Below, piece after piece: positions 56,881 through 64,000 of a DNA stretch of 64,000 nt. This DNA is from a bacterium. GTDB taxonomy: Bacteria; CG2-30-53-67. The stretch covers positions 6,396 through 70,395 of the forward strand of contig CAKKPE010000035.1 in assembly GCA_919901565.1 (NCBI GenBank), written 5' to 3'. The notes beneath the pieces were generated by a model. The model ran no database searches and was not told where the DNA came from. It saw only the letters and a list, made by a program, of their open reading frames with translations. The translations under genes were made by a program, and so were the position numbers. The first letter of the stretch is position 1, and each line of letters opens with the position of its first letter.

Positions 56881-56969
56881 TTTGATTCATTGCGGCACCA
56901 CTCTGTTTCACGTATAATAATGAAACCGCTGAGGAAGCGGGGCCAACCTTACATAGGAAAATAAGCAGA

Positions 56970-57794
56970 ATGAAAAGCCCGGCATCCATATTGCTTGTTA
57001 TTTCAGCATGGTCCGTACTCCAGGCATGCGCAGGACATCCTGGCCAGAAGGCACACCTGCGGGAACTCATGGAATTGTCCGGACTTCAGCAGCAGGTCGA
57101 CCAGATCCCGGCACACGCTTTTTCTTTTCTGGAAGAAGAAAAGGAGAGGCTCCCCCCGGTCCAGTATGCCCTGCTGACCCGTGTCTTTCAGGAAACCTAT
57201 GACACAAATAAACTGCTGAGCGGGGTCCAGGACAGGATAGAAATAAATTTTGATGCCGCATATGCAGGCAGGGCGCTCGAATGGATGCGCTCACCCCTGG
57301 CGCAAAAGATTACAAGGCTCGAACAGGACTCATCCGCACCCCAAGCACTGGAACAGATGCAGGTCCTTGCCGAAGAGCTCCGAATAACCCCTGCCCCGGA
57401 ACCGCGCCTGAAGCTCATCCGGCAACTGGACAAGGCCACCAGGGGCACGGAAATGGCGACCGACATGGTCATCCTCAGTGCGTGGGGGGTGGAGCTCGGA
57501 TTGAATGCGCTTCTCCCGGCAAAGGGCCGGTCAACGCCGGACATGCTTTTACGTCAGGCGGCATTTGCGCATTCACAGATCATCCGGGAGCAGAAAGAGA
57601 TCATGAAGATCGGCTTTCTCTATACGTACCAGACCCTGGCCGATTCCGAAATCGAACGCTATGCCGACTTTGCAGAGTCCGGTGCCGGACAGTGGTATTA
57701 CCGGACGATCCGCCAGGCCTTCAAAGACGTGCTCTCTAAGGCCGCCCTGGACACAGGCAAAGGTGTGGACAGGGGGCTGCCCGAGCCTCCTTGA
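56970..57794 (+). CDS. hypothetical periplasmic protein (signal peptide, DUF2059-like?)
   Basis: Lipoprotein-like signal (MKSPASILLVISAWSVLQAC). Helical, Q/L-rich. Family assignment uncertain. Confidence 0.4.
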   Translation: MKSPASILLVISAWSVLQACAGHPGQKAHLRELMELSGLQQQVDQIPAHAFSFLEEEKERLPPVQYALLTRVFQETYDTNKLLSGVQDRIEINFDAAYAGRALEWMRSPLAQKITRLEQDSSAPQALEQMQVLAEELRITPAPEPRLKLIRQLDKATRGTEMATDMVILSAWGVELGLNALLPAKGRSTPDMLLRQAAFAHSQIIREQKEIMKIGFLYTYQTLADSEIERYADFAESGAGQWYYRTIRQAFKDVLSKAALDTGKGVDRGLPEPP

Positions 57795-57883
57795 CAAACC
57801 GGAAAACTGAGCTATATTTTAATTTTTGACATTCCATATGATTTGGTGTAATTTATCACCACATAGAATAAGGAATCCAAAAT

Positions 57884-59848
57884 ATGGATAAAGCCGATCA
57901 AAGCAAGACCCCATGGCAGCAGATCCGGGATGCCATGCGTATCGGATTCTATTTCGGGTTATTCTGGGGAGCGGTGGAAACCCTGGCGGTCTTCGCCGCC
58001 TACCCTTATCTCAGTGCATTAAGCAAGATCTGGCTGTTTCTGTCCGGAGAGTTACTTTATGCATCAGCCTCCGTGCTGATCGTCTTCGTGACATGCATCC
58101 CCTTCGCTCTGTCTAAAAAACTGCGGGCGTTTCTGGAGCCAAAGGACCGGTTGGAGATTCTGGGACTCCTGGCTTTGTCTATAAGCACCTCTATCCTTTA
58201 CAACATTTTCTGGTGGTTCAAGCGGCTCATCCTGCTGATAGATGTCTCTCCACCGGCCGGATGGTCGGCCAGAATTGTACTGCTGGGGTTAGACACGGCC
58301 GTCTTCTTCCTGATCGTGCTTCTCTTGTATGCGATTTTGAAAAAGATCTTTTCCCGGTTGTCCCCCCGCTTTGTATTCCGGACCGTGCTTTTCCTGCTTC
58401 TCCTCACCGCTGCCGGCGCCGGATCAGCCGAACTGGTGAAGGTTTTGCATCCGCATGACCTGATCCCGCTGGCGGCTAACAAGGGATTGGAGAATAAACC
58501 GAATGTTCTCCTGATCACGATTGATACCATGCGTGCGGATTATCTATCCTGCTACGGACATCCTCAGAAGACAAGCCCTCATATCGACAGGATTGCCGAG
58601 GAGGGGGTGACCTTCCTTCAGGCATTTTCCCAGGCCTCTATGACAGCACCATCGCATGCTTCCATGTTCACATCCCTGTATCCTTTCCGTCATGGCGTGC
58701 GAAGGAACAACCATCCCTACCTTGGCAAGGAGAAAACCATTGCGGAAATCCTGCAGGCCAAAGGATACAGGACGGCGGCATTTATCAGCGCGGAACCGCT
58801 TAAGTCAACCCTTTGTCGTCTGAACAAAGGCTTTGACGTCTACGACGAGAAGTTCACTTCCCGCCTCTTTGCCGTTGATGAGGTGGCCAGATTCATGCTG
58901 ATTGAATTCATAGACGAATCCGGCATCCTCGGTTCGGTGGAGATGGACCCCATTGAACGGAGGGCATCGGATACGAACCAGGACGTGATAAAATGGCTGG
59001 CAAAAAAACGCAACCCCCCCTTCTTCGCATGGATTCACTACTACGACCCGCATTCGCCCTATAGAGCGCCGAAGAAACTGGTGGATAAGTTCTACTCCGG
59101 CGGGGACCCTTACGATCCCAAAAAGACAAGCATGCGCAATATGGAGATCCCGGATGACATGCGTTCGGAGTTAAGGGGGATAACCGACCTTGATTACGTT
59201 CGGGCGAATTATGCGGCCGAGGTGAACTACACTGACCAGTATATCGGTGAACTCCGGCAGACCCTCGAAGAACTGAAGCTCCTTGACAACACCATACTCG
59301 TTATCGTTGGGGACCATGGCGAAGGACTGGGCGAGCACAACTATATGGAACACGCAGCAAAGATCTACGAGGAACAACTGTGGATACCCCTGATCGTCCG
59401 GTTCCCGCAGAGGTTTACCGGGGGCCTGAAGATCAGGGAGATGGTCGCGTCCGTGGACATTGCGCCTACCGTACTGGACCTTATTGGGTTTGAAGGAATA
59501 TCCGGATCGGATGGAAGGAGTTTCCTGCCTCTGACGCAGGAGGGGTACAAGAAGGAGAATTCGAGGCATCTCTATGCGGAGACCGTCAAATGGGACGAGA
59601 GGAGTATGAGAAGTGACCGGTATAAGCTGATCAGGAACGGGAAAAGCGAGCAGAGATTCGAGTTGTACGATCTCATTGAGGATCCGGATGAGTCCAGAAA
59701 TCTGTCTGCGGACAGAAAAGAAGTGTTCTCTGCACTCCAGAAAGAACTGGACGAGATTATTAAAAAAGATCCGGTCCCGGATTTGACCAAAAACGCGACG
59801 ACAAACCAGAGAACGCTGGACAGATTGAAGAGTCTTGGTTATTTGTAG
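57884..59848 (+). CDS. sulfatase-like hydrolase/transferase (alkaline phosphatase superfamily) with N-terminal multi-TM domain
   Basis: About 5 N-terminal TM helices, then NVLLITIDTMRADYLSCYGH...SQASMTAPSHASMFTS...GDHGE (sulfatase/LTA-synthase-like catalytic core). Confidence 0.8.
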   Translation: MDKADQSKTPWQQIRDAMRIGFYFGLFWGAVETLAVFAAYPYLSALSKIWLFLSGELLYASASVLIVFVTCIPFALSKKLRAFLEPKDRLEILGLLALSISTSILYNIFWWFKRLILLIDVSPPAGWSARIVLLGLDTAVFFLIVLLLYAILKKIFSRLSPRFVFRTVLFLLLLTAAGAGSAELVKVLHPHDLIPLAANKGLENKPNVLLITIDTMRADYLSCYGHPQKTSPHIDRIAEEGVTFLQAFSQASMTAPSHASMFTSLYPFRHGVRRNNHPYLGKEKTIAEILQAKGYRTAAFISAEPLKSTLCRLNKGFDVYDEKFTSRLFAVDEVARFMLIEFIDESGILGSVEMDPIERRASDTNQDVIKWLAKKRNPPFFAWIHYYDPHSPYRAPKKLVDKFYSGGDPYDPKKTSMRNMEIPDDMRSELRGITDLDYVRANYAAEVNYTDQYIGELRQTLEELKLLDNTILVIVGDHGEGLGEHNYMEHAAKIYEEQLWIPLIVRFPQRFTGGLKIREMVASVDIAPTVLDLIGFEGISGSDGRSFLPLTQEGYKKENSRHLYAETVKWDERSMRSDRYKLIRNGKSEQRFELYDLIEDPDESRNLSADRKEVFSALQKELDEIIKKDPVPDLTKNATTNQRTLDRLKSLGYL

Positions 59849-60303
59849 ACACCCGATCCTTTACAGGCGTGGAACTTTTTACTGGTCAAGGGGTGTTTGC
59901 CATGTGTCTTTTCATGTGCTGGTCTCTTCATACCTTCTAACAAGATCCATGTATAATTTTACATACAATGATCGAATAACGCATCCCCACCCGTGCATGC
60001 CTACTATTTTTTTCCATTATAATAACAATGGGTTCTCCGGATAAGATTCATTAAATTAAAACCGGCAACTTACTTGCTGATCAGGGGGGGAAACCTGCCG
60101 GACCTGTCAATGCCGATTATTGACATTGACAAACCTGATGAACCACCCTTATGCTTGAATCAGTACCACCGATAAAGGCAGCCTGGCCTGGAAGGGTCAG
60201 GTCGCAGAGTTGTGAGGCCTTATACCGCAATACAACAAGGCCGGTCATAACCTCCCGAAGTGGAACAGTCGTCATTGGGCATTTCCAAGCTCAAGGAATT
60301 CCA

Positions 60304-60338
60304 CCCATCATGCCTTTATCGGAATGATGGGTTTTTTT
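60304..60338 (+). terminator. rho-independent terminator-like hairpin (CCCATCAT...ATGATGGG + T7)
   Basis: 8-bp stem followed by TTTTTTT, about 450 bp downstream of the sulfatase stop. May terminate an unannotated transcript from the 59.85-60.3 kb gap. Confidence 0.4.
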
Positions 60339-60620
60339 ATTTGCCCGGTCAGAACAGACCCATCTTCTGATGAGGGGCGAAAGGAGAGTATCACTGATTC
60401 AAGAGTAACTCAAAACCCGCCCTGACATGTTCAATGGGGGTGCGAGTTACACGGCACGTAAAACAGAATTCTATTTTTTCCTTTGCTCAGAGCAAACTGT
60501 GGGAAACCGCGGGACGCAGAGCTACGGGACTAAAAGAACAGGGTCAATGGCGCGTGTCGGTGCCCGTGGTAACCACGAACAACGGACACGAATCACTGAC
60601 ACTGCACTTATGTCAGCCGC

Positions 60621-60653
60621 GCCGCCAGAGAAAGTTTTTCTGGCGGTTTTTTA
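60621..60653 (+). terminator. terminator/attenuator-like hairpin (CCGCCAGA-loop-TCTGGCGG + T6) in the 5' leader of the 60735 gene
   Basis: GC-rich 8-bp stem plus a T-run, 80 bp upstream of the oxidoreductase ATG. A 6-codon mini-ORF (MKSNYG) follows it. Confidence 0.4.
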
Positions 60654-60734
60654 TTTGCATGATAAGAGGCATAGAGGAGGGAAACATGAAGAGCAACTAT
60701 GGATAGTCAACAGACTGGGAATTGGTGATTCAAC

Positions 60735-62045
60735 ATGTTTTCTGCAGTACCCATGAGCCTGGCCATTTATCTCGTACCTGTTCTGGTCATATGGAGTCTC
60801 TATCTCGGCCAAAGGGCAAGACAAGAGAGACGGAATCTGGCCATGCGCAGCGAGGCGCTTGAAGCCGGGCTCACAGAACCTGCATCCTTACACCCCGTGA
60901 TTAACCGGAACCGCTGCATGGGGTGCGGTTCCTGCGTCAACGCCTGTCCGGAACGGGATGTGCTGGGCATTATCAACGGCAAATCCGAACTGATCAACCC
61001 TACGCACTGCATCGGCCACGGCGCCTGCAAGACAGCCTGCCCTCAGGAGGCCATTACCCTGGTCTTCGGCACGGAAAAAAGAGGCGTGGATATTCCGGTC
61101 CTCAAACCGACCTTCGAAACTGAGGTGTCCGGTATCTTCATTGCCGGAGAACTGGGCGGCATGGGGCTGATCCGCAACGCCATTGAACAGGGCCGGCAGG
61201 CCATGGAGTCCATATCAAAGATGAAAGGCATGGGGCAGGGGGACCCGCTGGACGTGGTGATTGTCGGTGCAGGCCCGGCAGGATTCTCCGCATCCCTCTT
61301 CGCCATGCAGAGCAAACTTCGGTTTGTCACGGTGGAGCAGGATACCCTGGGAGGGACCGTGGCCCATTATCCCAGGGGAAAGATTGTCATGACAGCGCCC
61401 GTAGTGCTCCCCATGATCGGCAAGGTCAGGTTCAGTGAAACCACCAAGGAAGACCTCCTCTCCTTTTGGCAAAAGGTGGAGAAGGAGACCAGCATCACCA
61501 TTCACTGCAATGAACGCGTGGAAACCATCGACAGGACCGATCAGGGTTTCGTGGTCATCACCACCCGCAACACCTATATGGCACGGGCCGTGCTGCTGAC
61601 CATCGGACGGCGCGGGACCCCGAGGAAGCTGGGCGTTCCCGGAGAAGAGCTCCCCAAAGTGGTTTACCGCCTCATCGATCCTGAACAATACCGGGACCAG
61701 CATGTTATGGTCGTGGGCGGGGGCGACAGTGCGCTGGAGGCCGCCGTCAGTATTTCTCAAATAGACGGTACCTCCACGACCATCTCCTATCGTTCCGAAG
61801 CCTTCAGCCGGGCCAAGGAAAAAAACCTGCAAAGCGTCAAGGAGGCTGAGGCATCCGGAAGGCTGAGCGTATTGATGAAGTCCGACGTGACCATGATCGG
61901 GGAAGAGCACGTGGAACTTCAGCAAGGGGAAGAAACATTCAGATTGCGTAATGATGCCGTCATTGTTTGCGCGGGCGGAATCCTGCCAATGCCCTTTCTC
62001 AAGAAGATCGGGATCACCGTGGAGACCAAATATGGGACACTGTAA
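60735..62045 (+). CDS. 4Fe-4S dicluster + FAD/NAD(P)-binding oxidoreductase (thioredoxin-reductase-like fold), N-terminal TM anchor
   Basis: CMGCGSCVNACP and CIGHGACKTACP ferredoxin motifs. GXGXXG (VVIVGAGPAGFSAS) and a second nucleotide-binding motif (VMVVGGGDSALEAA). Confidence 0.75.
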   Translation: MFSAVPMSLAIYLVPVLVIWSLYLGQRARQERRNLAMRSEALEAGLTEPASLHPVINRNRCMGCGSCVNACPERDVLGIINGKSELINPTHCIGHGACKTACPQEAITLVFGTEKRGVDIPVLKPTFETEVSGIFIAGELGGMGLIRNAIEQGRQAMESISKMKGMGQGDPLDVVIVGAGPAGFSASLFAMQSKLRFVTVEQDTLGGTVAHYPRGKIVMTAPVVLPMIGKVRFSETTKEDLLSFWQKVEKETSITIHCNERVETIDRTDQGFVVITTRNTYMARAVLLTIGRRGTPRKLGVPGEELPKVVYRLIDPEQYRDQHVMVVGGGDSALEAAVSISQIDGTSTTISYRSEAFSRAKEKNLQSVKEAEASGRLSVLMKSDVTMIGEEHVELQQGEETFRLRNDAVIVCAGGILPMPFLKKIGITVETKYGTL

Positions 62046-63597
62046 GCCGGGCAAGATCATCGCGGCCAGAGCGGCCTTTTTCATCACGGCCGCCTTCATG
62101 GTTCTGATCAGCACAGCGGTTCCAGTCCGGGCTGACATGCCCGAAGAGGTGAAGGCTGCAGCCCGGATCAAGGACTATGCAGCCATGGCCAGCTTGCTGA
62201 TGCCCCTCGCAGAAAAGGGTGATGCCCAGGCCCAGTATCAAATGGGTCTGCTCTGCCGCTCAGGGCAGGGCATGCCCAAGGATCCTGAAATGGCCTTTTC
62301 CTGGCTTCAAAAGGCCGCCCAACAGGGGCATGCCCCTGCCCAGTATAACCTTGGAGTCCTCTATGAAAAAGGCTGGGGCGTGAAGGCCAGCACCCGGGAA
62401 GCCATTTCCTGGTTCCAGGCCGCAGCCGCGCAGAACCATGCCCTGGCCAAAGCCAGGCTCAAGCAGCTGCAAACCGCAGGACCGGAAAAGAGCGTTGCTG
62501 AGTCACACGGCACCGAACTTACCAAAGGCCCCGTGATTTTGCCCGGGGATCTTCAATCGCCCTCCCAGTCTGAAACGTCAGACCCGGCTCAGAATGAAAG
62601 ACTCTACCAGGGATGGTCGACATTGATGATTTCCGCGTGGCGCGGCCAGACGGAAATCGTACAGACCCTTCTCTCCCATGGGGCCGAAGTCAATTGGAAA
62701 GACAAAGACGGCCATACGGCGCTCAGCCGTGCAGCCAGGCAGGGCCATGACTCTGTTGCAGCCGTCTTGCTAACTGCAGGCGCCAATCCCGAGGCCGCAC
62801 AGCAAGACGGCAAGACTCCCTTGCTATGGGCGGCTGAGTACGGTCATTCCGGGGTTGTTAAACGATTACTCACGGCCGGCGCCAAAGTAAACGCGCGGCA
62901 AACGGATGGGTCCACAGCCCTGCTCTACGCTGTCCGAGGGGCCTTTGACAAAATTGCAGCAACGCTTCTGGATGCAGGGGCCGATGCGGACATGGCGGAT
63001 CAGGCCGGGACCACTGCGCTGATCCATGCCGCACGCCTTGGTCACACTGGAATGATCACCTTGCTGATCGAGCACGGCGCCTCCCTGAATGCCGCAAACA
63101 GCAGCGGTGATTCCGCTCTCATATGGGCCGCAAAAGATGGTCACATCGAGGCAGCGGCCGTACTGCTCCGCAGCGGGGCCGATCCGGACAGGCACGGTAC
63201 GGACGGACATACGGCATTGACGTACGCTGCGTCAATGGGCCACGAGAAGATCGTGCGGCTACTCCTGGATGCGGGCGCCAGAATCAACGTTACAACGGCC
63301 ACCGGCAACACCCCTTTGATTCTTGCATCCTCCCGGGGCCAGGCGTCTATCGTACGGAAGCTCATTTCCGGAGGATCGGATGTGAATGCAAAAAACCGGA
63401 TCGGCAATACGGCCCTGATCCTTGCTGTTCTGGGAGGCCATGCAGATACGGTCCGGACCCTGCTGAGAAACGGCGCCAATCCCAATCTCAGGAATAAGAA
63501 ACGCGAACAGGCCATTGGGCTGGCACAGGCTGCCGGTAACGAAGAGATCCTGAGTCTCCTGAAAAATCAGAAAAAAGAGTTCATGGGCCTTCTGTGA
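62032..63597 (+). CDS. secreted Sel1-repeat + ankyrin-repeat protein
   Basis: Start placed at the internal Met (62032) rather than the ORF start. Signal peptide (MGHCKPGKIIAARAAFFITAAFMVLISTAVPVRA). Three Sel1-like repeats (AQYQMGLLCRSGQG..., AQYNLGVLYEKGWG...), then about 9 ankyrin repeats (G-TAL--AA--GH---V--LL--GA). Confidence 0.8.
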   Translation: MGHCKPGKIIAARAAFFITAAFMVLISTAVPVRADMPEEVKAAARIKDYAAMASLLMPLAEKGDAQAQYQMGLLCRSGQGMPKDPEMAFSWLQKAAQQGHAPAQYNLGVLYEKGWGVKASTREAISWFQAAAAQNHALAKARLKQLQTAGPEKSVAESHGTELTKGPVILPGDLQSPSQSETSDPAQNERLYQGWSTLMISAWRGQTEIVQTLLSHGAEVNWKDKDGHTALSRAARQGHDSVAAVLLTAGANPEAAQQDGKTPLLWAAEYGHSGVVKRLLTAGAKVNARQTDGSTALLYAVRGAFDKIAATLLDAGADADMADQAGTTALIHAARLGHTGMITLLIEHGASLNAANSSGDSALIWAAKDGHIEAAAVLLRSGADPDRHGTDGHTALTYAASMGHEKIVRLLLDAGARINVTTATGNTPLILASSRGQASIVRKLISGGSDVNAKNRIGNTALILAVLGGHADTVRTLLRNGANPNLRNKKREQAIGLAQAAGNEEILSLLKNQKKEFMGLL

Positions 63598-63695
63598 TCA
63601 AGAAATTTATTTTGTGGCATGTTGAGAAAGGAATACAAGATGAACAGACAGGAGACCGGAAGAGGGCTGACCTGGAGCTCCGTAAAATTCAGGAG

Positions 63696-64000
63696 ATGAA
63701 CACCCTGAACATGGAGCCGCTCAAGTCCCCTGCCCCTGCTTCCGGCGATCTCCATGCAGCCCCGACTGCGCGTGTTTCCGGATTTATCTTCTTCCTTGCT
63801 GTGGTCCTGTCGCTCGTCCTGGGATGGAGGATGCGGGACCAGGAATATCTGACTTCGGAGTCGGGCCCAGGCTATGCATTGGGCATTGCAGGCTCCGTGA
63901 TGATGCTTCTTCTTCTCTTGTACCCGCTCCGGAAGAAAATGCGCTTCATGCAGAACTGGGGACCGGCCAAGTACTGGTTTCAGTCACACATGGTCCTGGG
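63696..64000 (+). CDS. hypothetical membrane protein, 3' partial (runs off window end)
   Basis: MNTLNMEPLKSP...SGFIFFLAVVLSLVLGW...ALGIAGSVMMLLLLLYPLRKK. At least two TM helices, frame open to the window end. Confidence 0.4.
   Translation, partial: MNTLNMEPLKSPAPASGDLHAAPTARVSGFIFFLAVVLSLVLGWRMRDQEYLTSESGPGYALGIAGSVMMLLLLLYPLRKKMRFMQNWGPAKYWFQSHMVL

Noticed and set aside
61951-62031. Extended start (MMPSLFARAESCQ...) for the Sel1/ankyrin protein
   Set aside because: It would overlap the upstream gene by 95 nt. The internal Met at 62032 is followed by a canonical signal peptide, so the shorter start is preferred.
61215-62171. 318-aa minus-strand ORF
   Set aside because: Antisense to the Fe-S flavoprotein oxidoreductase gene and to the start of the Sel1/ankyrin gene.

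Overview
This 64-kb window looks like a GC-rich chromosomal segment from a deltaproteobacterium (Desulfobacterota-like). That assignment is an inference from gene content: cobA/hemD fusion, CBS-DHH-poly(A)-polymerase fusion, PEP-CTERM, DUF362, CcdA.

Positions 1-28 kb and 49.6-64 kb are ordinary housekeeping DNA.
- 1-28 kb: a heme operon (hemA-hemC-cobA/hemD-hemB), an ABC-2 exporter, an HD-GYP protein, an ExeA-like ATPase, ccdA, ubiD, a tRNA-Thr, a PEP-CTERM protein, the CBS-DHH-PAP fusion, rsmI, a DUF362 Fe-S protein, a REC-DHp protein, an Rrf2 regulator, ribF, a lipid-modification cluster and a DUF4388 protein.
- 49.6-64 kb: a CPA2 antiporter with an EIIA domain, a GT2 glycosyltransferase, a divergent PGK paralog, an NlpC/P60 peptidase, DUF3047, YkgJ, GYD, a sulfatase, an Fe-S flavoprotein oxidoreductase and a secreted Sel1/ankyrin protein.

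Positions 28-49.6 kb form an accessory/defence island built around a type I-C-like CRISPR-Cas locus with a non-canonical layout.
- Upstream of the effector genes there is a WYL regulator and a 3.3-kb cargo block flanked by ~100-bp direct repeats. The block carries a pRiA4b-ORF3-like gene, an ORF6N gene and an AlbA_2/HATPase_c_4 gene. It sits on a truncated cas3 N-terminal remnant.
- The locus order is cas5c-cas8c (with a candidate internal cas11c start)-cas7c-cas3-cas4-[Bro-N/DinD-like, DUF1016/YhcG nuclease, RhuM, VapBC]-cas1-cas2.
- The array has 28 repeats of a 37-nt palindromic repeat with a degenerate terminal copy.
- Distal to the array is a decayed array tail with a small zinc-ribbon ORF and a RelE/ParE remnant lodged between repeat relics.

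Two non-coding repeat families are also notable: a dispersed 9-10-bp GGTTCAAAC-type tandem-repeat family that fills at least six intergenic regions, and a ~150-bp MITE-like element with 11-bp terminal inverted repeats present twice.

No tools were run. All homology statements are pattern recognition from the translated ORFs.
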